Counted from the first letter of the stretch, positions 7,007 to 15,681 are shown. The stretch is DNA of 19,234 nucleotides from a virus (IMGVR_UViG_2563366844_000003); one strand, 5' to 3'. Notes: generated from the letters alone by a model not told the origin. Numbers and translations: made by a program.

Positions 7007-9749
7007 TCTTATCCGTCAGGTTATCAGTGCGTCTGAAAACAACTGGCCTCATGTGCTGGGCTGCCTGAACATAAATGTCCCTGACTCTCCGCGCCGTCAT
7101 GCTCCCTGCCCTGCATGTGGGGGCAAAGATCGATTCCGGTTCGATGACAACGGGCGCGGTAGCTTCATCTGTAATCAGTGCGGCGCTGGTGATGGGCTGG
7201 ATTTAATTAAACGCGTAAATAACTGCGACACAACAGAGGCGGCGCTTCTTGCCGCTGATGTTCTGGGTATTGATTACCGGACAACGGAAACACCAGAAGC
7301 CACCAGCCAGAAACGGGAACAACTGGAAACCAAGCGCCAGCGACGCGAACAGGAGCGCCTGAAAAGGGCAGAGAAGGACGAACAACAAAGACGGGATACG
7401 TTTTCCCGTCAGTTTGATGACATGCGCAGAAAGGCTGTAAACGGCAAATCTGATTATCTGGTTGCGAAAGGGGTAGGTGATTTTACATTCCCCGTGTTGC
7501 CCGATGGATCTCTGTTGCTGGCGCTGGTGGATAAATCCGGCGCAGTCACAGCAGCACAGACTATTACCTCACATGGTGAAAAAAGACTCCTGACAGGTTC
7601 AGCAAAGCGGGGGGCATATCACGCCATAAACGCACCAGAAACAACACAGAGCATCTTAATCGCAGAAGGGCTGGCAACGGCATTATCTGCCCATTTAATT
7701 CGCCCAGAGGCGCTTACAGTGGCGGCGATTGATGCCGGGAACCTGTTATATGTCGCCCAGGTACTGCGGGATAAATTTCCTTCAGCACAAATCATCATTG
7801 CTGCGGATAACGACCACAGCGAAGGAAGACAAAACACGGGGAGAAGAGCAGCAGAAAAAGCAGCTTTATCTGTTTCTGGATGGGTGGCATTACCCCCGAC
7901 AGATCACAAAGCAGACTGGAATGATTACCACCAAAAACACGGCATTAAATGCGCCACAGAAGCGTTCAATAAGTCAATGTACCAACCACAGGGTAATGGC
8001 GTGAAACAGGAGCCACAGACCATTGAGGGAAGCGATTTTAAGGTTATGGATACCGACCCACTGAAACCAAGAATAGAAAGCCGCGAGGATGGTATTTATT
8101 GGGTATCTCCGAGAGCTGACAGCCAGAGTGGAGAAATCATCAATAACGAAAGCTGGTTATGTTCTCCGTTAAGCGTTATCGGTACTGGCAGAGACGATAA
8201 AGACCAGTATCTCATTCTTCGCTGGCTGTCGTTTGGTTCTGAAACGCCGACAACCGCTGCCATTCCACTGGCTGATATTGGTGAACGTGAAGGATGGCGC
8301 ACACTTAAAGCTGGTGGGGTAACTGTCACGACCAAAAGCAGCCTCAGAGCAATACTGGCAGACTGGCTACAACGCAGTGGCTCTCGTGAATTGTGGCGTG
8401 TTGCTCATGCCACTGGCTGGCAATGCGGAGCGTACATCATGCCTGATGGGGAAATCATCGGAACACCTGAAAATCCTGTGCTGTTCAGCGGGAGAAGCTC
8501 AGCCGCAGCCGGATATACCGTCTCAGGGAGCGCGAAAAGCTGGCGTGATAACGTGGCGCGTCTGGCCTTTGGTAACTATTCAATGATGACCGGGATCGGC
8601 GCAGCACTGGCAGCGCCATTGATTGGGCTGGTGGGCGCTGACGGGTTCGGCATTCATTTCTATGAGCAGTCGAGCGCAGGTAAGACCACCACGGCAAACG
8701 TGGCGAGCAGCTTATACGGCAACCCTGATTTACTGCGGCTGACGTGGTACGGAACCGCGCTGGGGCTGGCAAATGAAGCTGCCGCCCACAATGACGGACT
8801 AATGCCGCTTGATGAAGTTGGTCAGGGCGCTGATCCTGTCAGTGTTTCACAGTCTGCCTATGCGTTATTTAACGGTGTAGGGAAACTGCAAGGCGCTAAA
8901 GATGGTGGAAACCGGGATCTAAAACGCTGGCGTACAGTGGCAATCAGCACCGGAGAAATGGATTTAGAAACATTTATCGCTACTTCCGGGCGAAAAACCA
9001 AAGCCGGGCAACTGGTGCGACTGCTGAATATTCCGTTGAGTAAAGCAGTACGCTTTCACGATTACCAGAACGGAAAACAGCACGCAGACGCACTGAAAGA
9101 CGCTTACCAGCATCACCACGGCGCAGCCGGGCGTGAGTGGATTAAATGGCTGGCAGACCACCAGCAACAGGCAATTAAAACTGTTCGTGACCGCGAAAGC
9201 AGATGGAGAAGTCTGATCCCATCCGATTATGGTGAGCAGGTTCACCGTGTAGCCGCGCGATTTGCCATTCTGGAGGCCGCATTGCTGTTAGGCGAGGTTG
9301 TAACAGGCTGGGATGCTCAGACATGCCGTGATGCGATACAGCACAGCTATAACGCATGGTTGCGCGAGTTCGGCACAGGTAACAAAGAACATCAGCAGAT
9401 TATTGAACAAACGGAGGCATTTCTTAATGCCTATGGGCTTAGCCGTTTTGCACCATTTCCATACAGCCCGGCAGATTTGCCCATCAAAGATTTAGCCGGA
9501 TACCGTCAGCGTGGAGAACATGACGAAAGCCCAATGATTTTCTACACATTCCCGGCCACATTTGAAAAGGAGATCGCATGTGGTTTCAACGCAAAACAGT
9601 TTGCTGAAGTGTTGAAAAAAGCCGGGATGCTAACCCCACCAAACAGCGGTCGTGGATACCAAAGAAAATCACCACGTATTCAGGGACGACAAATAAACGT
9701 TTATGTACTCAATTACCAGCCAGGAGATTACAACTCATCTGAAGAATGA
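6993..9749 (+). CDS. Replicative primase/helicase, P4-alpha-like (zinc-binding N-terminus, TOPRIM, P-loop NTPase)
   Basis: Zn-ribbon CPACGG...FICNQCG near the N-terminus. TOPRIM-like ILIAEGLATA and IIIAADNDHSEG (acidic E and DxD). P-loop-like SSAGKTTT. Start is probably ATG 6993; the track begins at the in-frame GTG 6990. Confidence 0.9.
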   Translation: MRNIDLIRQVISASENNWPHVLGCLNINVPDSPRRHAPCPACGGKDRFRFDDNGRGSFICNQCGAGDGLDLIKRVNNCDTTEAALLAADVLGIDYRTTETPEATSQKREQLETKRQRREQERLKRAEKDEQQRRDTFSRQFDDMRRKAVNGKSDYLVAKGVGDFTFPVLPDGSLLLALVDKSGAVTAAQTITSHGEKRLLTGSAKRGAYHAINAPETTQSILIAEGLATALSAHLIRPEALTVAAIDAGNLLYVAQVLRDKFPSAQIIIAADNDHSEGRQNTGRRAAEKAALSVSGWVALPPTDHKADWNDYHQKHGIKCATEAFNKSMYQPQGNGVKQEPQTIEGSDFKVMDTDPLKPRIESREDGIYWVSPRADSQSGEIINNESWLCSPLSVIGTGRDDKDQYLILRWLSFGSETPTTAAIPLADIGEREGWRTLKAGGVTVTTKSSLRAILADWLQRSGSRELWRVAHATGWQCGAYIMPDGEIIGTPENPVLFSGRSSAAAGYTVSGSAKSWRDNVARLAFGNYSMMTGIGAALAAPLIGLVGADGFGIHFYEQSSAGKTTTANVASSLYGNPDLLRLTWYGTALGLANEAAAHNDGLMPLDEVGQGADPVSVSQSAYALFNGVGKLQGAKDGGNRDLKRWRTVAISTGEMDLETFIATSGRKTKAGQLVRLLNIPLSKAVRFHDYQNGKQHADALKDAYQHHHGAAGREWIKWLADHQQQAIKTVRDRESRWRSLIPSDYGEQVHRVAARFAILEAALLLGEVVTGWDAQTCRDAIQHSYNAWLREFGTGNKEHQQIIEQTEAFLNAYGLSRFAPFPYSPADLPIKDLAGYRQRGEHDESPMIFYTFPATFEKEIACGFNAKQFAEVLKKAGMLTPPNSGRGYQRKSPRIQGRQINVYVLNYQPGDYNSSEE

Positions 9750-9772
9750 GCTTCTTCATGTGCGTAGAAAAG

Positions 9773-9887
9773 GTGTTGGTTCAGTTGGTTCAGTTGGTTC
9801 AATTTATAAATGGTATTGTTTTATAAGGATTTTATTCTTTTTATTGAACCAACACTGAACCAACAACACGGTATTTTGAACCAACAC
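9773..9887. repeat. Iteron block 1: three tandem GTTGGTTCA (9775-9801), an AT-rich spacer, then three inverted copies TGAACCAAC (9845-9853, 9856-9864, 9877-9885); putative replication origin
   Basis: Exact 9-mers counted directly. Classic iteron plus AT-rich architecture, 26 bp downstream of the primase stop. Confidence 0.7.
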
Positions 9888-9935
9888 AATGTGACTGAAT
9901 TGATGCGCACAACACCTGGCTGGCATCAGAGAGTG

Positions 9936-10011
9936 TTTTACGAGACTTTCGTAAAATCCTGTGTACAAGGGCGTGACGTTTTTGAAAGTGAGCACTACGA
10001 AATTTTCGTAG
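9936..10011. promoter_or_regulatory. Two related palindromes sharing a TACGA/TCGTA half-site: TTTTACGA-n5-TCGTAAAA (9936-9956) and CTACGAAA-n1-TTTCGTAG (9995-10011)
   Basis: Perfect 8-bp inverted arms in both. Located between the iterons and the terminator; candidate operator sites or RNA hairpins. Confidence 0.3.
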
Positions 10012-10205
10012 TTCAGAAAACAGCCCTTGAGAAGTTGTTATGCCTGTTCAGCAAACCATCCGCATAGCTGATCGCGAATCAAATTACCAATGGAGCCAGA
10101 AGCAAGGGCAGAACTGAAAAGCGCCTGCCGTGAAGAGTAATGCGACACCATAAATATAGTTTTTAGAGTCCATAAAAAACCTGTCAAAACCTGACACACA
10201 GAACG

Positions 10206-10239
10206 ATGCCACCAGCTACTGAGCGGTGGCATTTTTTTT
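10206..10239 (+). terminator. Rho-independent terminator closing the primase/origin transcription unit
   Basis: ATGCCACC...GGTGGCAT stem (8 bp, extendable with inner pairs) followed by eight consecutive T. Confidence 0.65.
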
Positions 10240-10249
10240 GTGCTATATG

Positions 10250-10320
10250 TTTCATATTTTGCAATTACGATGATGAATGTTGCGATTTGTGAAACTATAA
10301 TAACTGTTGTTTTATACAGT
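10250..10320 (+). promoter_or_regulatory. Putative promoter region for the cargo operon (TATAAT at 10296-10301)
   Basis: AT-rich tract with a consensus -10 hexamer and TTGCAA/TTGCGA -35-like elements at non-ideal spacing, between the terminator and the SD of the small ORF. Confidence 0.3.
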
Positions 10321-10334
10321 TCTAAGGGGGCGTT

Positions 10335-10496
10335 ATGGCTATTTCAGTAAAGCCGGTATTGATAAGTGAGAAGCAAATGGAAGCGATAAAGAAAATTCAG
10401 GAAGAGCAGCGTAAAAAATCAGGAATTGGAGTAGCGCCAACTCTGCATGAAATTGCACGAGGGTTAATAGATAAGGCGCTGGCAGGCTGTATGTGA
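10335..10496 (+). CDS. Small ORF (53 aa) absent from the ORF track; possible ribbon-helix-helix-like regulator
   Basis: Strong SD AAGGGGG 5-6 nt before ATG 10335. Translation MAISVKPVLISEKQMEAIKKIQEEQRKKSGIGVAPTLHEIARGLIDKALAGCM has a beta-strand then two-helix pattern compatible with an RHH fold (by eye only). Confidence 0.4.
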   Translation: MAISVKPVLISEKQMEAIKKIQEEQRKKSGIGVAPTLHEIARGLIDKALAGCM

Positions 10497-10512
10497 AAAT
10501 GGATGGCATCGC

Positions 10513-10974
10513 ATGGAACTAAAATTTATTGATAACCCTGTGCGATTACAGGCCTTTCTTAACGAGCCTGGCAATACCGAAAATATTGTTGAGCCGGGGC
10601 ACACGTACTACATCAAGCCTGATGCGGTATATCTCGGTATCTACGAAGGATTGGTGCTGGCTGGCGTTCATGAAGTGCGTAACTTCTGGCATAACATTGT
10701 TGAATGCCATGCGGTGTACGACCCCGGATTCCGTGGTGAATATGCACTGCAAGGGCATCGATTATTCTGCAAATGGCTTCTCAAAAACTCACCATTCCTT
10801 AACAGCATTACCATGGTTCCTGACACCACCAAATACGGACGGGCAATTATCCGTTTGCTTGGCGCTACCCGTGTTGGTCACCTTGATGATGCTTATATCA
10901 GATGTGGTAAACCCGTCGGCGTAACGCTTTATCAGTTAACTCGGCAACAATATAAGGAATTCAGCGAATGTTAA
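10513..10974 (+). CDS. Putative virion-associated protein, first gene of the ejection-protein-like operon (position analogous to P22 gp14)
   Basis: 153-aa intact ORF whose stop overlaps the next start. Assignment rests on operon position and size, not a recognised motif. Confidence 0.65.
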   Translation: MELKFIDNPVRLQAFLNEPGNTENIVEPGHTYYIKPDAVYLGIYEGLVLAGVHEVRNFWHNIVECHAVYDPGFRGEYALQGHRLFCKWLLKNSPFLNSITMVPDTTKYGRAIIRLLGATRVGHLDDAYIRCGKPVGVTLYQLTRQQYKEFSEC

Positions 10975-11645
10975 TTACCCATATAGCTCATAAATATCTC
11001 AATCGTGCCGTATACGAAAAAGGCGGTGATGGTGGTGCCTCTAAAGCTCAGGCGAAGGCCCAGCAGCAGGCAATTGATTTGCAGCGCGAGCAGTGGAATA
11101 CGGTGATGAATAATCTCAAGCCGTATGCAGAAGTCGGATTGCCTGCTTTACAACAACTACAAGGACTGATGACTCTGGAAGGGCAGAATAAAGCCGCGAA
11201 TGATTTCTTTGGTTCTGGTTTATATAAAACACAGGCAGATCAGGCCCGTTATCAGAACCTTGTCTCAGCAGAAGCTACCGGGGGGCTTGGCTCAACAGCT
11301 ACCAGTAACCAGTTATCTTCCATTGCGCCCATGCTTTATAACAATTGGCTCAGTGGGCAAATGCAAAATTATGGAAACCTGCTAAATGTCGGGATGAATG
11401 CGGCATCAGGGCAGGCAACAGCAGGGCAAAACTACGCCAATAATACCGGACAACTCTTGCAGGGGCTTGGCGCTATTCGTGCAGGTCAGGCGCAGCAGCC
11501 ATCCAGTCTTGCGCGTGGTATTGGTGGGGCGGCATCAGGCGCTTTAGCGGGTGCGCAACTTGGTTCCGTTGTTCCGGGTATAGGTAATGTCGCCGGGGCT
11601 ATTGGTGGTGGGCTTATTGGTCTTGTTGGGGGGCTTGGATTCTAA
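10968..11645 (+). CDS. Putative ejection/DNA-transfer protein (P22 gp7-like architecture; Gly-rich hydrophobic C-terminus)
   Basis: 225 aa. Gln/Ala-rich N-terminal half and a glycine-zipper-like tail GIGGAASGALAGAQLGSVVPGIGNVAGAIGGGLIGLVGGLGF. Stop overlaps the next start (TAATG). Confidence 0.7.
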   Translation: MLITHIAHKYLNRAVYEKGGDGGASKAQAKAQQQAIDLQREQWNTVMNNLKPYAEVGLPALQQLQGLMTLEGQNKAANDFFGSGLYKTQADQARYQNLVSAEATGGLGSTATSNQLSSIAPMLYNNWLSGQMQNYGNLLNVGMNAASGQATAGQNYANNTGQLLQGLGAIRAGQAQQPSSLARGIGGAASGALAGAQLGSVVPGIGNVAGAIGGGLIGLVGGLGF

Positions 11646-12964
11646 TGGCGACATGGCAACTTGGCGGGCTGCCTAGCATGGCACCGCAAAATGATAATGC
11701 TCCTCGTTCTTCCGTTCCTCAGCCTGTGCAGTATCAGCAGCAGCCAAACGTAGGTTTAATGGCGCTACAGGGGCTAAGAGGCGTTGCTGAGATTAATCAG
11801 CAGGCGCAAATTTCCCAGCAGCTAAAAGAATATCAGGCACGGTTGGGTAGTGCGGTAGCTAATAATGATCGTGTTGGAGTGCAGAAGTTAATGGCCCAGT
11901 ATCCCCAGTTTATGGCTGATTCTCAAAAACAGATGGGATTCATTGATGCTGAGCAAAATCGACAGACCGCTGACGCTGCCATGAATCTGCGTCTTGCGTC
12001 ACAAACTGGAGATCCACTGACCATGCAGAAGGCCATTCAGCAGGCAAATCCAGTATTACAGCGATTTGGTCTTCCTGCTGAAGAGGTTTATCAGTCTTGG
12101 CAGAATGACCCACAGGAATTCAACAGAATCACTGACCTCATCCACCTCCATGCTGATCCAAATAGTTACTTTAGTGTTCAAGAGAAGCAGCAAGGGCAGA
12201 GCATTGCACAGCAGAACGCAGATACATCTGCATATAATGCTCAGGTTAATGCGGAACAGGGTAATCGGCGTCTCGATATGGAGCAGTTCAAAGTCCTATC
12301 CGATAACCAACTACGCACGAGAGAAATGGTTCTGAAAGCACGACTTGGACGTGCTCAAAATGACATCGAGAGAGACAAGCTCAATGCTGAACTGAGCAAA
12401 GTACAGCAGGCGAAAGTGGAGAAGATGAACGATAAAATTAATACTGTTGCAGGTAACATCGACTCCTTGAACTCTGCGCTTGAAGTGGGTCATGAACTGG
12501 CGGGAATTGTAGGGAAACATCCTTCGGCCGTTACCCGCTCGCAGAACTATAACCCCCTGACGCTGGGGTTTGGATTCCTTCCTGATGTAGCAGAAGACAC
12601 ACGAAGCCTACGCGCCAAAGCTGATGAATACAACCTAAAGGTTATTCTGCCTAGCCTCAAAGGGACTTTTGGCTCTAACCCAACCGAAGGGGAAAGGGCT
12701 GCCCTTATGCAATCTCAAAATGGCATTAAGTCAGCAACCAGCAATGAGGCATTTTTGCGAGAGTTGAATAAAGCGCAGGACGTAATTATTCGAATGCAGA
12801 AACGACAGATTGCCGGGCTCGGTATTCCTGTAACCAAATCAAAGGACGAAGAAACTGATACCAAAATGCTGTTGCAGGATCCTTCACTGATTAAGGATTA
12901 TGTGACCGCACATGGCTATCTGCCGGAAAGTTACTATCAGGCAAAACTTAAGGGATGGCAATGA
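11645..12964 (+). CDS. Putative ejection protein (P22 gp20-like; Gln-rich coiled-coil)
   Basis: 439 aa, Gln-rich and predicted alpha-helical. Coupled start/stop with both neighbours. Confidence 0.7.
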   Translation: MATWQLGGLPSMAPQNDNAPRSSVPQPVQYQQQPNVGLMALQGLRGVAEINQQAQISQQLKEYQARLGSAVANNDRVGVQKLMAQYPQFMADSQKQMGFIDAEQNRQTADAAMNLRLASQTGDPLTMQKAIQQANPVLQRFGLPAEEVYQSWQNDPQEFNRITDLIHLHADPNSYFSVQEKQQGQSIAQQNADTSAYNAQVNAEQGNRRLDMEQFKVLSDNQLRTREMVLKARLGRAQNDIERDKLNAELSKVQQAKVEKMNDKINTVAGNIDSLNSALEVGHELAGIVGKHPSAVTRSQNYNPLTLGFGFLPDVAEDTRSLRAKADEYNLKVILPSLKGTFGSNPTEGERAALMQSQNGIKSATSNEAFLRELNKAQDVIIRMQKRQIAGLGIPVTKSKDEETDTKMLLQDPSLIKDYVTAHGYLPESYYQAKLKGWQ

Positions 12965-15681
12965 TGGCACAACTGACAGAAAAACAGAAAGCCTATTCCC
13001 GTCATCTCGATGAAAAATATGGTTTCCCATCAGGGACGATGGAAACATTAGTTGGCAATGAATCTAGTGGTAACGGAAGTGCCGAGTCACCGAAAGGAGC
13101 TAGAGGATTTGCTCAACTGATGCCCTCAGTAATGAGTGATGCTGGTTATCGTGGAACTGATCCGCGCTCACTGCCATTTGAAAAGCAAATGGATATCGCA
13201 GCAAACCATCTCAATAAAGGAATGAAGCGATTTGGTGATATTGGTATGGCATTGGCTGGGTATAATTCTGGCTATGCTCGTATTAATGCCGTCAGAAACG
13301 GTAAATCTACACTGCCAGATGAAACGGCTAATTACGTAAGTAAATTTGCAGATGCCGGAATAATCCCTGATGACAGTGAAATCTTGCAGTTTGCACAAAC
13401 CAGTCAACATCGCAATCTTCAGCAGCCTGACTACTCAGAGCTTGATAAAGAAATCTCTCAGGTGGGAGATATTTCTGCATGGGAAGCAAAACGTCAGCAA
13501 TTTAAGAACATAGAAGCAGGACTACCAACAGCCAGTTCATGGGAGCAGAAAAGAGCTCAGTTTCTCGCCGATGAAAATGCCGGGGAACCGCAGCAGCAAG
13601 TAGCCAAGTCTAACCTTAATCCTGAGATGGAATATCTTTCGCCAGGACTGAAAGCTGCGCCAGAGCAGATGGCCAGAGGGATTGCTAATATACCGTTTGA
13701 TGTAATGGACGCAGGCGTGGGGGTAGTCAATGCGGCGCAATCAGCCGGAGCATGGGCAGCTCAGAAGCTTGGTGTGGGTGATGGCACATACACGCCCATA
13801 TCACCTGTCTTTCGCCCAGTAGACCAACCTACAGATCCATACGCGCAGGCTGGTGAGCAGCTAGCACCTTACCTTATTACAGGATTAGGTGCAGGAAAGG
13901 CAGCTACCGCAGCTTCTTCCGTTGCCAACGCTCCACGTGCTGAACGTGCGGCCACAAAGGTGGCTAGTATGTTGGCAGAAAACCTGCCAGGTACATTGGT
14001 GAACGCCCAAAAGAACGGGCAGATCAGCCCAGAAGACCTAGCAAAAGAGACAGGTATTGGCCTAGCAGGATCGCTAGGAGCACGCGCTTTAATAAAGAGC
14101 GGACAGACAGCCAGTGACGTAATGCGAGATGTATTGCGGAGTAATACAAATCAATCAGGCCATGTGTTAGGGGCAGCAAATACTCTGGAAACCGCCAATG
14201 ATGTATCGAAAGCAGCGCGTTCTGCCGTAGGCCGAGAGCATATCGCATCGCAGGCATCAAACGTCAGAGATGATGTCGCTAAGGCGGCGAAAATCACTGG
14301 TATTAATATCAACACCCTGACGCCCGGAATGCGCTCAGGTAGTCGTGGAATTGCCCAAGCAGAAGGTGTTCTGGCATCAACTCCTGGGAATGTTCAGGAT
14401 GCTCACCTTACGGCCTTCAATGAAATATCCTCAAAGTTGAATAAGCAGTTGTCTGATTTCGGTGCTGAGTCTGGAAGCGCATCAGAAAAAAGCGCAGCAA
14501 TTAAAGAGCGCATCATCGCGAGCCTCAGTGATATGAAAACAGCAGAGAATATGGCATGGGCAGAACTGCGAAGCACGATGCCACGCGAAAGGATGAAAAT
14601 GAGTAATGGGATGGCTGTCGTCCAAGCAGAAAAAGCAGCCAATGTTCCACTCAGCCCGGAGATGAAACAGTTTCAGGCTGCCAACAACCAAGGTGGCGGC
14701 ATAACCTTCGACGGGATGAAGGCATGGCGTGCTAAGTTTGCTGATGCTGAACAAGCAAACACCCGGGCAGGTAAGGCCAATGCCGCCCGGATTGCCGGAG
14801 AAATGCGCAGAGCTATCACTGATGACATGCGCATCATGGCTGAAAAAGGAAACTTCCTCACAGAATGGCAGAAAGCTAACGATCTCTCTAAAAGTTACAT
14901 TATCGCCAAACAAAATGCCGAATCTGTTTTTGGTCGAGATCTCGCATCAGACGCTATGGTAAGAAAAGGTGCCGATACGCTTAAGGCATCCGCAAACACT
15001 GGAACGGGAGCTTTTCACCGCCTTATCTCCGCGCTGCCGGAAGCAGAACGCCAACCAGCAATAGCATCTATTCTTCAGCATGCTGTGGCGCAGGGAGAGA
15101 AGGGAGGAATCGGTGAAGAGTCTGGTATCCAGTATTTTGCCAAGCTCATGACCCAGCAGAATGTAAACGCCATCAGTCGTCATGCGCCAGATCTCGGTAG
15201 AATGATGAAAGAGTTCGGTGTACTCGCTAAAGCCAGCACCAGACCGCAGCGATACGTAGAGCGCACGGGAAGAACAACTGAGGCTCTCAAAACGCTCGAT
15301 TCAGGCCTTCCAAAGATCGTCGGTGTGATCATGAACGGAGTTCAACAGTCAGGTGCGATCGCTGGAGGCTTTGGCGGTGGTGTAATTGGTTCGATTAGTG
15401 GTTTGGTTGCTGGTGGCGCACTGAGAAATACTGTGGCTAAGATTGGGGCGACAAGAAGTGGTCGATATGCGATAGAGAAAGCCGTTCAGGAAGCTACAAA
15501 AGCAGTGCGCGCAGGGGCATCACCAGCAGCGATCGCCGCAGCAGAGAAACGATTTTCGACCAATAAAATTGCCATGAAAGCAATTCGTGATGCCGTTGGG
15601 GCTGAAGAATTCGTGAAACTGACAAGGGCCGGGATTGTAGCTACCCTCAGTGGCATGAAAGATGTTAGCGAATGGGAATAG
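12955..15681 (+). CDS. Large internal virion/ejection-type protein with N-terminal lytic transglycosylase (SLT) domain
   Basis: 908 aa. SLT motifs GNESSGNGSAESPKGARGFAQLMP (putative catalytic Glu at nt 13060-13062) and ALAGYNSGYARINAV. True start is probably ATG 12961 or 12964, which have better SD spacing from AAGGGA. Confidence 0.85.
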   Translation: MAMMAQLTEKQKAYSRHLDEKYGFPSGTMETLVGNESSGNGSAESPKGARGFAQLMPSVMSDAGYRGTDPRSLPFEKQMDIAANHLNKGMKRFGDIGMALAGYNSGYARINAVRNGKSTLPDETANYVSKFADAGIIPDDSEILQFAQTSQHRNLQQPDYSELDKEISQVGDISAWEAKRQQFKNIEAGLPTASSWEQKRAQFLADENAGEPQQQVAKSNLNPEMEYLSPGLKAAPEQMARGIANIPFDVMDAGVGVVNAAQSAGAWAAQKLGVGDGTYTPISPVFRPVDQPTDPYAQAGEQLAPYLITGLGAGKAATAASSVANAPRAERAATKVASMLAENLPGTLVNAQKNGQISPEDLAKETGIGLAGSLGARALIKSGQTASDVMRDVLRSNTNQSGHVLGAANTLETANDVSKAARSAVGREHIASQASNVRDDVAKAAKITGININTLTPGMRSGSRGIAQAEGVLASTPGNVQDAHLTAFNEISSKLNKQLSDFGAESGSASEKSAAIKERIIASLSDMKTAENMAWAELRSTMPRERMKMSNGMAVVQAEKAANVPLSPEMKQFQAANNQGGGITFDGMKAWRAKFADAEQANTRAGKANAARIAGEMRRAITDDMRIMAEKGNFLTEWQKANDLSKSYIIAKQNAESVFGRDLASDAMVRKGADTLKASANTGTGAFHRLISALPEAERQPAIASILQHAVAQGEKGGIGEESGIQYFAKLMTQQNVNAISRHAPDLGRMMKEFGVLAKASTRPQRYVERTGRTTEALKTLDSGLPKIVGVIMNGVQQSGAIAGGFGGGVIGSISGLVAGGALRNTVAKIGATRSGRYAIEKAVQEATKAVRAGASPAAIAAAEKRFSTNKIAMKAIRDAVGAEEFVKLTRAGIVATLSGMKDVSEWE

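Larger units (their letters stand above)
1..9887 (+). mobile_element. P4-like / PICI-like integrative satellite backbone (int - alpA - antirepressor - small ORF operon - primase - iteron block); right boundary not determinable from this window
   Basis: Co-linear integrase, AlpA, AntA-type antirepressor and P4-alpha-like primase all on the + strand, followed by an iteron/AT-rich block. No capsid, terminase or tail genes. attL would lie upstream of position 1 and cannot be seen. Confidence 0.6.

Noticed and set aside
7203-9495. Multiple 60-95-aa ORFs on both strands inside the primase gene
   Set aside because: All are embedded in the 918-aa primase CDS, which has clear domain motifs; typical shadow ORFs.
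9741-9757. Hairpin GAAGAA-tgagc-TTCTTC overlapping the primase stop codon as a possible terminator
   Set aside because: No U-tract follows it; the real terminator candidate is at 10206-10239.
9775-9885. Short repeated units that might be mistaken for a CRISPR array
   Set aside because: The units are 9 bp, present in both orientations, with no regular spacers of 30-40 bp and no cas genes. The architecture is iteron plus AT-rich, typical of an origin.
9810-10067. 85-aa + strand ORF across the inverted iterons and palindromes
   Set aside because: It starts inside the iteron/AT-rich block, has no SD, and its sequence is dominated by the repeat elements; more likely non-coding.
10529-10924. 131-aa + strand ORF overlapping the first gene of the ejection-like operon
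   Set aside because: Alternative frame of 10513-10974 with a Cys-rich, low-complexity translation; the 10513 frame fits operon coupling.
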